Part shown: positions 1 to 11,581 of the stretch, piece after piece
How the letters are laid out: each line of letters starts with the position of its first letter
Numbering within the stretch: the stretch's first letter is position 1
Assembly: GCA_022813865.1 (NCBI GenBank)
Contig: JALDZX010000031.1
Coordinates: 1-64,000, forward strand
DNA from: Xylographa opegraphella
Taxonomy: Eukaryota
Reading direction: 5' to 3'
DNA: 64,000 bases
Made by a program: the position numbers and the translations under genes
The notes under the pieces: model-generated
The model's input: only the letters and a program-made list of their open reading frames with translations
Database searches by the model: none
Told to the model about the DNA's origin: nothing

Positions 1-1769
1 TCTTAATCTGGGTTGAAATCGTCCACCTAAAGCTTACGTTCTAGGCGTGCTTGTGTGGTGAGTTTGATGAGCCGTAACAGATCGGGTAGAATCGGCCGTA
101 ACGGCGTTTCGCCCTGTTACTCCGTCATCCCGCTAACAAAACGACCCGGATACATGCACTACTTGGCAATGCTTTCGCTCCCCAGCTAAGCAAGAATCGT
201 CCAAGGCTTCAACATGTCCAAAGTCAGGTATATCGCATGGAAACTCTGACTCGCGGGCCTCATACCTTTGGGGACCTCCAGCATCGCCAGCAACGACGAC
301 CCTTCCGCGCCACGAAACCTCCCTTCCCACCGCCCGCCACCCAGCCGCCAATCAACAATCACACACACACCCCCGGCTGACGATCGCGCCGCTAAAGCGT
401 CCCAACCGTCCCCATTCAGGCAAGGGGTAAGAAAGCCGGTCCCAGGGGGCCCGATCGAATATCGAAACGCGCCGTAGTGAAATTCTCAGCTGCGGTGGAA
501 AACGCCGCAGCCCAGCCACGCGGGGCGGAATTGCAGAGCACGGGATCGAATATCGCCCGCGAGGCCGCGCAGGTCGAACCCAAAAAACGCAGCTTCTGGC
601 TTCCGGGTCGACGGTTCCTGGAAAGCCTCTCTCGCGCGGGCGAAGAGAGGTTCGACGGAGCGAGGCGACTTTGCCTGGTACTTATTCACTGCGCGCGCAG
701 AGTCGCCCCACTTCGATACTGGGAAGTGTTCTTTTTATCGCAATAGTAGAGTTTTACCTCAATCCTAAGGAAAGAAGAAGATAGGACTGAAATACCTCCC
801 GCGACAATGGCGCGTAGATCAGGCGGTTCACTGTGTTTTTTTTATGACGGCGGGTAGACTATACCTTAGTATCCCCTTCCTCCGGACATATCGGTATCTA
901 TCAATTGTGGCCGTATCACGGTGTGCTCTTTGCTCTCGCGCGCGTCCCTGCTGTCACCTCCGCACCTCCGCACCACCCGCACCCCCTCCGTCTTCGAACG
1001 CTTAAGGTCCGCGGTCGAGCCTATTGCCCTACGGGTAGAGTTGCAATTTGGGTGGTGGGAGGGGGCTGGTGGGGAGAGGACCTGTGCGTTGAGTCTGGGG
1101 ACGGGCGAAGGTACGGATACAGCAGGGTGGCGTGTGCGGAGGGGGGTGGAAGGGAGGTTTTGTTTGTGGGTGTGGACTCCGGGATAGTTGGAGGGGGGGC
1201 GCGGGCGCGGAAGGGGAAGGGAGCGCACGGGGTGAGGGGTTTCATGGCTCGGGGTGCGGGTTTCTTTCGATGATGATTCCCTACCTTAAATAAGTACCTT
1301 ACCTTACTTTAGGTAGGGTAGGTGGCGTACATAAGATACCTAAACCATGGCTGTGAATGGAGCACAGAGCCGTGGCCGCAGCTGTGAATGGGATATTACG
1401 CGAGGTGTCCTTAGGGTAGGCCATGAATGAAAACACTACTCCAAGGTACCTCAATGACACAGTCTGCAAGCCAGGCGAAAAGGTAGGCATGGCACCCAAG
1501 CTCCGCATAATTCGTTCTTGTCATCGAAGATTCCCCAGCTGGCCAGTGGCTATTAACAGAAGTACCAAGCGGTCCACACCACCAAATGCCCACACTGGTC
1601 ATCGGATTGAGACTCTCCGGAAGCGCTCAACGAGAAGAGGAGCGGGCAGGAGACCCAAACCCGCGAATGACAATTATCCAGAACCACGCATGTTACCACT
1701 CATTCCCGTCAATCATATCCTGAACATCCCCTGCAGGCGACTCATGTCGAGAGTGGCGTTCGCCCCCCA

Positions 1770-3609
1770 TCAAACGGCCATGATGCTCTTTCCCCCGTCG
1801 GCAGTAAGCCGCTTCCGCACCCGGATCTTGAGATACGCCATCCCCAATTTCTCGATCACCGATTTCCCTTCCGGCGCCGAGGATGAGCCATGCCTGACGA
1901 GGTCGACCATCGCCGTGGGCGAAAACAAGAGCGCTTCGCCCACCTCGAGCTGGACGATCTGTTTGAGGATGGTGCGGACGTCTCGTCCCGCCTCGCCGTC
2001 CAACCCGGAGACGCCGGCCAAGTGCTTGCGTAAGACGGTGACCCAGTCCGGTGAGGTGAAGCGGTGGACGATGGTCATAGTGCTGAGGTCCAGAAGCTTG
2101 GGTGAGATGGTAGGCTCCTGGGTCGCGATGATGATTCTGGTGGCCAGGTGGCGCTGCTGGCGAATCACCTGGAGCAGACTCTCGGTGAAAGTGCTGGCGG
2201 CATCGGTCCCGGTCATGAACTAGATACCAATCAGTACAATGGAGGCGTAAAGATCCCGGTGGTCCAGTATACCTTGTGCGCCTCGTCAAGCGCAACGACC
2301 CGGCCGACATCGCCGCGATTCTCCAGGAACAGTTCCAAGCAGATCGTAAAAAGTGCACAGGCGGCGCTGTCGTCCACAAATGGACAACTGAGGTCGACAA
2401 TCGTCATCGAGCCGGGTATAAATGACCACGTCTTTGCTTTGATCTCCAATCGTGCTTTCTCTCTCTCCAGTTGTGCTTGGTGGAATCTCATTCTGTTGTA
2501 CTGCTGTTGGGCTTCCCACTCGCGCTCGCTCTTTCGACCTGCTTTGGTGTCGACAAACACTGGTCTCTGCGGCGGGGTGTAAATTGAAGCTGGCCTGCAA
2601 GGCTCGTCCATAAAGCTCTCCAGTAAGTCGAGCCGTAACTTCAGAGGACCGTTTTGATCACGAGAAAGCCCCTCCAAACCGAGCCGAGACCGAAACTTCC
2701 GATAATCCAAGCCCTTTGCACCCTCACTCTCGATTGCCATTTGTCGGAGGATTCTATGGATAACCTGCTGCATATGAGCGGAGAGAAAGTAAACGGATTC
2801 GTGACGGGTACCTCGATATACAGAGGAACAGGGCCGTCCTTCTCCTTGACAGCCATCATGACCATCATCCTCGAGACGTCGAGATTTTGCTCGCTAAAGC
2901 GTAACGGGATCACCTCGGGCCTCCTCGCCCCAGCTTGCAGTCCAGGCATGTTTTCATATGCTGCCTTCATTCGCCAGAAGTTTGTTGGTGAAACCAGAAC
3001 TTTGACAGGTATCCCGGAGGAACACAGATATGCAGCTTCGCAGATCTGACTGCTCGTATACGAAGAAAAGTTGTCGTAATGGAACACCAAGCCGGCAAGC
3101 GGATTCGGAAGTTCGCTTACCGGGGACTGAAGAAGGCAGCTCTCCAGCATGCAGGACAAGGTATGGCTCTTTCCAGACCCTTGAGAGCCGCAAACAAACG
3201 CTGACCAAGGCGTATTAACATTCAGGAAAACTCGAGGATCGCTTATGATTTCCACCGTCTCCGCTTCAAAACCGACATCCTGCAAAAGGTCGGTTTCCTG
3301 GGATCGATCTTGCGGTAGACGTTTGGCCAACAATCCATGTTGTGGAAGCGAGATCTGGCCGAATTGATGAAGGACAGGTCCCGAGAATAGCGGTGTTGTC
3401 TTGACCTCCTGCTGCTGTCTGTGGTGTTGATGGTCTGCAAAGGGATGATGGCCGAGAAAGCTCATGTGAATTTCAAAGGCCGACGGTATTAGAGGACAAA
3501 TGGTCTCGGGCTCTGTCTGTACCTGGCCATCGTCTGTTTGAAGAGACGTGTGACTGACTTGATCCGACAAGTCTTGTATGATGTTGGTGTCGTCTTCTGA
3601 TACAGACAT
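1770..3609 (-). CDS. P-loop NTPase of the HerA/FtsK/VirB4-like type (fungal family), about 580 aa, 3 exons
   Basis: Three ORF segments join through GT-AG introns at about 2765-2811 and 2220-2272. Walker A is FVCGSQGSGKS, Walker B is VVALDEAHK, followed by QRHLATRIIIATQEP (Arg finger/ATQ motif typical of the HerA/FtsK superfamily). The start at MSVSEDD is inferred. Confidence 0.75.
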
Positions 3610-3897
3610 TGTGAGACCGTGGTATGAAGATAGTCTCTGAGAGTCAAGAATACAAGTCAATGAGGAAGCTTTCAAGTTCCTGATAATGGAAGTACTACAA
3701 TGCTCTAGACTCAAGACGTCGTATAACACGAAAAGCTAGTAGTGACGAGAAGTAGTTCATGTGAGGTATGTTACTGAGTTTAAGCGTGTGCAGCCAGCCG
3801 CGGCTATCACGGCAGGTCCGTGCCCCCATATAAGAGATCTTAGTAGAACACTCAACACATACCTGTAAAGAACCGCGGCTTTACTCTGCTTATTGCC

Positions 3898-5037
3898 TTA
3901 TGCCTTGTTTGCATGATGTTCTGCATCGATGATGTGTTTGTTCTGCATGCTGATAACCTCGGGTACAATCAAAGACTCAATCTCCAAGGGGCTCTCGTCA
4001 ATGCTAGCGAAAATATCATTCCTGCCAGCATCATCCTTATTCCTACCTTCGACGACATCTGCGGATAGGGCAGAAATACTTTTTAGCCGGCGGTGGGAGG
4101 GGATCCGAATCCACTGTTCGGCAATCCCAGGAGCAACTAGGACAACCTCCCATTTCCTCGTCGACAGCAAGTTGCCGATCACGAGGTGGTGCGAGTATCG
4201 CTGCAGAGCGGTCTGAGACTTTGATATCAAGAGTGAGGGATCCGTCTCCAGCTTGAAGCTGACGATCATCCCCTTCGGCGCCCAACCATCCACGAGGCGC
4301 TTCAGGAACTTCGGCACCGGATCGAGATCAATGACCAGCTTCTTACCTTTCGGCTGGGCACTCGTCCCCGGGTCCACCTCCTCGTCCGAGGCAGGAGTGG
4401 CAACATCGGTCGACTGGATTTTATGCTCCGCAAGCCGGTGCCGGGGTACAAAAAAGTCGGAAACGGCTGCCGCCAGATAGAAGAGTGCCGCTGGTCCCAG
4501 AGGGCTCATCAGCATGGCCACCTCACGCAGCGCCCACAGATAGTCGGTGATGGTTGTGAAGGGAAGCAGCAGCAACATGTTGTTCTGCTTTGCATTCGCA
4601 TACTTCCGCAGGACGGTCTGCATGGTCGCCTGGTAGGTGTCATCCACCACCACCGCACCGTCGGCACCCACGGCCATGTAATCGAGGAAGCAGTTCGTCG
4701 AATGGCTGTAGTGGCGCGAGTACGGCAGCAGCGAGAAGTGCCGGTGCAGGAAGATGACGGCGTAGCCAGCTTCGAGGAAGTACTCGGCCGATGTGGCTCC
4801 GCGTGCGCCAGCGGAGAAGTTGTCGATGAAACGAACGGTCTGGTTCTCCAACGGGACCGTCGTGCCTCCAGAGGTAATCAGCACCACGCGCCGCCTGCTC
4901 TCGGCATGCTGTTGGAGGAAACCCTGGGTGAGCAGCCTGTGTGCGGCCAGGGTTGAAGGGGGAGGATTGGAGGTGAAGTAGCTTTCCTCGGCCACTTCAG
5001 CAGTACTGACGCGTTCCAGACGCTGCAAGTCATCCAT
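3898..5037 (-). CDS. CAB2: Phosphopantothenate--cysteine ligase (CoA biosynthesis)
   Basis: Intronless ORF with ITSGGTTVPLE, RFIDNFSAG, FYLAAAVSDF, HKIQS, VSFKLETD and VIGNLL motifs. First ATG is at 5037. Confidence 0.93.
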   Translation of the reverse strand: MDDLQRLERVSTAEVAEESYFTSNPPPSTLAAHRLLTQGFLQQHAESRRRVVLITSGGTTVPLENQTVRFIDNFSAGARGATSAEYFLEAGYAVIFLHRHFSLLPYSRHYSHSTNCFLDYMAVGADGAVVVDDTYQATMQTVLRKYANAKQNNMLLLLPFTTITDYLWALREVAMLMSPLGPAALFYLAAAVSDFFVPRHRLAEHKIQSTDVATPASDEEVDPGTSAQPKGKKLVIDLDPVPKFLKRLVDGWAPKGMIVSFKLETDPSLLISKSQTALQRYSHHLVIGNLLSTRKWEVVLVAPGIAEQWIRIPSHRRLKSISALSADVVEGRNKDDAGRNDIFASIDESPLEIESLIVPEVISMQNKHIIDAEHHANKA

Positions 5038-5213
5038 CTTCCCTTTTGGTGAGGGCAGGGTGCGAGTACCTGATAAGGAAGAACGATGACCGAAGGGGGA
5101 ATGGATGGAACTAGAGTGCAACTGGTCTAGACTGGTCAGATCTCAACGCACCTTCGGACTAGGACAACAATAGTTAGTGCTCCGTACCGCTGGGCCAGAT
5201 GAAGAAGAATGAC

Positions 5214-5291
5214 GGAGAAAAGAGGGGCAAGAAAAGGAGGGGAGAAAGAGGAAAGAGGAAAGAGGAAAGAGGAACGAGGGAAGCGAAAAAC
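5214..5291 (+). repeat. Polypurine (GA-rich) tract with GAGGAAA units
   Basis: Almost exclusively G/A: gagaaagaggaaagaggaaagaggaaagaggaacgagg, upstream of CAB2. Confidence 0.7.
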
Positions 5292-5554
5292 GGGTGGTGT
5301 GACTCGGTCGCATGTGACTGGCCAGAGGGGGCCGGACGTTGATCCGGCGCAGACAGGGATACTGATTGGCCGCGTAAGGACTCACCGGGCACGTCTCCGG
5401 TAGTGGAATCTGAACCAACGACGAATCTGTCTCAATAATACAGTCGGTGGAAACTAATACCACGCCATCGTGGGCCCACGAGGGACAAGGGCAACGCAGC
5501 GAGTAAGAGCCACGTCTCTCCCCCCCCATCTCATGAAAGTATTGGCCTTACGCT

Positions 5555-5614
5555 GTACACGATACGCAGTACGCAATACACAATACACGGTACGCAATAC
5601 ACAGTACCCGTACC
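5555..5614 (+). repeat. Degenerate 7-bp minisatellite (consensus near GTACGCA/ATACACA)
   Basis: gtacacg atacgca gtacgca atacaca atacacg gtacgca atacaca gtacccg taccc. Confidence 0.75.
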
Positions 5615-6626
5615 CACCCTTCCATCTCTACCTCATGCCCGCTTCTCTCCCCACGTTGAGGGCCTGAAGGCTTGATACCTGTCCTGTAACCTCCTCGATT
5701 TTATGACCGCTTCATCCCGTGTGCCGCCTTGCCAATCCCAAGTCACCCCACGAAAGAAAAAAAAACAACACCACCACACGCCATCAGCCTGTCTCATGTT
5801 CCTCGTCGGCGACCCTCTCGTCGTTCTCGAGCTTTGACCTATCTCTCCCTCTCCCTTTCCCTGTTCAACTACGTTGCCTGCCTTAGCCCTCTTGTTAGCG
5901 CGCTCTCTTGCCAGCTCTTCTGACGGACCGCCCAGTTCTTCTCCAACCATTCTCCGTGCTGGACGCTGGATGCTAAGGAGATCGTCAGCGAGTACGACCA
6001 AAAAAACATCCCGACAGCCACGGCTATCGGAGTCGAGACTGCTGGATCTTGCCACGGATCCATTTCTTCCCTGCGTGGATTGCATGCTCGTGCCTTCCGG
6101 AGCCCTATGACGGTGACACCGGTCCCGGACTGTGGAATTATGCCTGTGGGCTAGTGTAGGTCGCCATTCACGCGCATCTGCTCGCTCGTTCCTCCTCCCT
6201 CCTCGGTCCTGGTGAAAATCGTACAGAGTACAATCCGCGTCCGGTCGTCAAGCGATAGCCTGGCATCATCCTCGAGGACTGCCCACTCGCTGCACCAGGA
6301 GATATCATCTACGGCGTCGTCCAGCGAAAGGTGGATTGCAGAACGCCGCCCCACCTCCCGGCATACGCGCCGAGTGTTCGCACGAACACCTGTCTCGTCG
6401 CATGATCGGAGAAGTTGTGTGGAGTGCGATTCATGTAAGCCGACGAGGTCTGGGTCTGGTCCATTAAGCAGTAGGTAACCTGGCACTTTTCATGCAGCAC
6501 GCATCTTGATACTTTCGCTCTAGACAAGCTCTGTCTCGAGAGACGTGTCCTTGTGCTGCCTCAAAGATATCGCTTTTAGGACCATCTGATCCACGAAGCG
6601 TGCAGAACATCTACTTATCAGCTGTA

Positions 6627-9600
6627 ATGGCAGATCAACACCACCAAGAGCCTTCGGACCGCCATGGGAAAGGCACCAAACGTAAGGCCGCCGCGCCATC
6701 GCCGGCAACGGCAAAGCTTCCAACCCCTGCCTTGACTCCTACCCAACATCCTCCACCACCACTACTTAGTCCTCGCAACTCCTTCCTCGTCCCCAATGGG
6801 CCAGGTCAGGCCAACAAACCGGTCACGCATGCCGCAAAGGTCGCCATACCCCGTTTGCCGCGGGCTAGCGATGCCGCCACTCCTTCCGGATCAGTGAAAA
6901 CAGGAGACAAACACAGGGTGAATCATGCATGCGAACCATGTAGACATCGGAAGACGAAGTGTAGCGGAGAGCGGCCGGTGTGTAAACATTGCGAAAACTT
7001 CAAGATCACGTGCGTGTATGCGGACGGAAAACGAGACCGGGTCAAGAAGTAAGCATGCAAGGTAGAGTAGTGCAATCAATTCGGCTGCTGATGGAGTCAG
7101 GGAGTTCCATCACATGGTGGGGAGACTGCAAATCTACGAGGAATTGTTGCACGAAGTTAGTGCGAGCCAAGATGAAGCGACTCAAGCCCGGATTGATAGA
7201 GCATTGGAGACGGTGAGGCATGACAGTTTTTTGCTTGGCAGATTCAAAGCTCACACTGCAACCAGGAATATACTTCGGACGATGACGAGATACGGTCAGT
7301 GGCAACCTCAAGCAAGTTCAACCCCGGCCGAACGGGACCAGGGACCGAGCCGGACGGGGAGGACGAGGTGTCCGCAGGCGTAGGCTCCACCGGATCGTTG
7401 GACCGGATCAACGAAGATTTCAACCGGAGTGACAGCGCACGCGCAACGGGGTTCATGGGGAAGATATCGGAGGTCACGTGGCTGCATCGCATGAAGGATC
7501 AGCTGGACAGCAATTCTCCGCCCGGAGACGATCAGAATAGGACCATGGTAGACGGGTACGTGAGGCCCCTGCCTACATCGTGGCTGGAGAAGTTCTAATT
7601 TATTTTTGGTAGTTCTCAAAACTCGGCCACCATCAATGATGGTATCGCCAACTCGAGTTACCATTGCGACGACCTCGAATTATTGTCGGCAGATCAAGTC
7701 GAGCCTTTCGAACTTCCTCCTAGGCAAACCGCCGAATTCCTGCTCAGCACTTATCTTGAATCCGTCCATCCAAGCTTTCCCATTATCGGTAAGTTGAACT
7801 TCTCCAACCAAGTGCACAACTTTTTCGACAACGATCAGTCGAGGCCGGGAAAGCATTGGCTGGCGATACTCAACTTTATCTTCGCAATCGCAGCCAAATA
7901 CACTCACCTGGTCAAGTCTGAAGCACGGGGCGATGAGCGCGATCATCTTGTTTACTTCACGCGCGGCCGTCTCCTGGGCATGGATGCAGATGCCGCTCTT
8001 GCCCAACCAGATCTGCAGCGGGTACAGATTACAGCGCTGATGGCGTTTTACCTATTGTCAATCAATCAAATCAACAGGTTGCTACCATCCCAACCGGATT
8101 CATGAGAATATTCATGCTGACACAACCCAACAGATCGTGGACGTTGTGCGGTATCTCAATGCGGTATAGTGTTTCATTGGGCCTTCACCTGCGCAACGAG
8201 AACCCGCGGCTTTCGGATGCTAACAAGGAAATTCGGTATCGAGTCTGGTGGGCACTGTATGGATTAGAACGCTGTTTGGGGGTCATGACTGGACGTCCCA
8301 CCTCAGTCGTCGACCTCGACTGCATGACACCGTTGCCTTTACCCATCGACGAAGAGTCGTTCACGGATTCGAACAGCGGGATGCAGAATGAAGGCCTGGT
8401 TCGGACCATGCGACGCTTTTCCAGTCAGGATTCCCCTCATTCGCTATCTCCGTCCTCGTCCGGGCCTCCTCACCGCTCCAGGCCATCCCCCGTTACAGCA
8501 AACTCATCATCGTCCGTCAATTCGGCCTTTGATTTACTCAAAATTACACCACCAAACTTGGCGCTCTACTTTACCATGACCACCCATCTTGGCGCAGTCA
8601 CGGATGATGTCCTTGCCCAGCTCTACAGACCTGTGGCCATGACCAAATCGTGGGCTCAGATTCAGGCACAGATTCGCTCGCTCGACATCAAGTTAGATGC
8701 ATGGAAGGCTGCCCTGCCACCCGTCTTCGACTTCAACAAGAAGCAACGCGACCAGCAATTCATCCGCCAGCGTATGAGTCTTGGCTTTGGCTACTACAGC
8801 GCGAAGATCATCGTCCACCGCCCATGCCTCTGCAGAATCGACCGCCGCATCCCCAACGAATCCAACCAATCCAAAGAATTCAACCGCAATGGCGCCACCG
8901 CATGCGTGGCCGGCGCCCGCGGCATGCTCGATCTCATCCCGAACGAGCCCAACTCCATCGGCCTCTACAAAGTCACCCCCTGGTGGAGCCTCACGCACCA
9001 CATGACCCAAGCCGCCACCGTCTTCATCCTCGAGCTCTTCTTCCGCGCCGACCACATGCCCAAAGAAGCCAAGGAAATCCTCGGGTACGCCAAAAAGGCC
9101 GTCTACTGGCTCAACCAAATGGCGCGCGACAGCATCGCCGCCCAGCGCGCCTGGGAGCAATGCAACGAGCTCCTCCGCAAAGTGGCGCCTCTCGTCGGCC
9201 GCGACGCCAACGACATGCCCGCCGATACGCCCCGCACCCAGGGTATCGGGTACCGGCAGCTCACGCAGCAGCAGCAGCAGCAACAACAACAACAACAGCC
9301 GCAGCCGCAGCCGCCACCGCCACCGCCACCGCCGCCATCGCACCCGGACGGCTGGGGCGGCACGCAGCAGTTCTCGCGCCAGTTTCCGGGGCAGGCATAC
9401 TACGGCGGCCCGCCGCAGGACAGCGCGCTGCTTTTCCGGCCCAGCATGCAGACGCAGTACGACGAGTACCTACCGATCCACTCGTCGGCCCCGCCGTCGC
9501 TGCCCATGAGCTCGGCCGCCCACATCGCCACCCTCTTCCCCACTTCGCAGCAGATGGACCATTTCGCCTGGGACAGCGGCGGCGGCGGATGCCGTATGCA

Positions 9601-9682
9601 GGATGAGTTGGAGCCCGATCAGTATTTCTTTCAGGGCCAGGGGCCGGGTCAGGGGTGGGGGCATCCTGGGGATTCGACTTGA
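6627..9682 (+). CDS. Zn(II)2Cys6 fungal transcription factor with fungal-specific TF middle domain, 5 exons
   Basis: ACEPCRHRKTKCSGERPVCKHCENFKITCVY binuclear cluster. Middle-homology motifs include VHPSFPII, SLGLH and RYRVWWALYGLER...GRP. Frame-consistent introns at 7049-7100, 7213-7265, 7556-7612 and 8078-8133. Confidence 0.93.
9266..9337 (+). repeat. CAG/CAA then CCG/CCA coding microsatellite (poly-Q, poly-P)
   Basis: Encodes Q11-PQPQ-P9 in the TF C-terminus. Confidence 0.9.
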
Positions 9683-11581
9683 GTGGGTTGGTGGTGGGTG
9701 CCCTTGTCACGGCGCGGGAAGTGCGGGGAGTGGGGCGGACGGCGTCGTCGAGAGAACTTCATTGCCCTTCGATGCAGTTGTCTTTCGATATGGTTGCGTG
9801 CTCCGTGTATTTCTGTGATTGCCCCCTTCGTGGCCTGTACGTGCCTTTTTCCGCGGCTCGGTCCGGTGTAGAGAACCGCCTCGATTGCTCGCTGCGCAGC
9901 GAGGAGGTTGGAAGGACTTTGGATCTTGCAGAGCACGTACCTCAGCGTTCACCTTTCTCCGCTGGGTGGTACATTCTGTGCGAGCCGGTTCGAAACACGG
10001 GATCTCAGGCTACGAAGCTGGTGAGGCAGTGGGGAGCGGGGAGGTTCCTACACGGAGTAGGATAAGCTCCTCAAGGCAACGGAGGTTCCGCTTTCACTCG
10101 TAGAGTGCACGATATCGGTAGGGTGTGAGCGGGGTGGGGAATACCCATTGCTTCGCCGCCTCCGCGAAAGCACACGACACTGCTGCTGCTGCGTGGCTCA
10201 TACGATGTAGCCTTGAAAACTGCGTGGTTTTGCATTTAGAGAGGTGGCTTATAGAAAGTTGTGGTCGTAGATAGTCTCGATTATGGATGGTAGTCTGGTC
10301 TATCTTAACTCGTCAACGGTACGTGTGCTCTGTGCTTGTCTTTGTGTCGGTGTGGGTGTTACGGGATGGTGGGATGGGGATGGGGGGTGGGGGGTGGGGG
10401 GTGGGTGTGGATTCCTGTCCTTTCTTCACCATTATTTGGGGTCGTGCGGTGATGAGTGGACGATGCAGATTTCGGGTAGGAGGATATGAGCGGATGGGTG
10501 GCGTGCAGTGCGGTGGGTAAGGGTCACGGACTGGTGATGTCGAGGGAGTAGGGGTTCCAGAGCCCACTGGGTTTCAAGGTTTTCATTAGAAGGGGTTTCT
10601 TATCGGGTAGGTAAATGGGTTCTTGTCTTGATTTATTTGATACCTATGGTATGCTAAATGCAAAACGGCGATGAATGGTTTATGCTTTGTTGTAGATTGA
10701 TCTCGACGGGCTGAGGGGTGGACTACAATTTTACCATGAGTGCTGCGCTTTATAGTGTTTGTCGCCTTTAGAATCTACTGTATATTCATTCCTCCTCTTT
10801 CCTTCCGAGGAGGGGAAACCTCGTCCCAGGGGTCCACACACGGTGATGGATAAACAGATCGTTCTCCACGGTCTATCCCCCCCCAAATCCATCCGGCATA
10901 GGCCCTCCACCCCCAGCGCCCACCCTTCCCAGGAATCATTATAAGACCCCGACCCTGCAAGCCACATCAGCCTCACCACTCGGAGCCGCGGACAACGCTC
11001 ACGTTTCTCGAAAGACAACGGCGTAAGACGCCGCGCGAGAGAGTATACTTCTGAGTAGTCTGTCTGGATATCCTGCTGGGTATGGGATTGAAGAGCTTCA
11101 ATGAGTTCGTGTGCGTGAGATGCGGACAGGAGGCTTGGGTGAAGGCCGAGGGAGTGATCAGAGCGGGTCGCGGGGCGTATGAGGTAGTGGGTTTGCATGA
11201 GTATGGGGCGTTGTTATTTGGACATGGGTGTGGAAAGGTGGTCCTGCGCAATGAGACCTGTATGATGTTGGCGCGGATGCGGAGAGGACGAAAGGAGGCG
11301 GATCTGAAGACTGTGATTGTGGATGTTTGCGGAGTATCCGCGGTGGGGCGACCCCGATCAGCTGTGAATATGTCGATGAGATTCCGCCGAGAGGAAGAAT
11401 GTATTGAATGGCCCGTCGGTGTGTCGAACGGGGTACCATCTTTCCACAGTAGCGCTGTGGTATCGGCGGCGATGAGCGGGCCTGGCTCTTCTTGAAACGC
11501 GGCTGGAATTCCATTTTCCTGGTAGGTGCTTGGTTCATCTCCACCCCTCCTACCGCCGGAGAGCGGATGACAACTTCTTGG

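Noticed and set aside
8650..9710. Long overlapping alternative-frame and antisense ORFs (also at 16385-17200 and 43262-44298)
   Set aside because: Shadows of GC3-rich coding sequence with low-complexity translations.
9960..10010. GGTTCGAA T-loop-like motif (also near 32161 and 48315)
   Set aside because: No cloverleaf stems or A-box could be built around them, so not called as tRNA.
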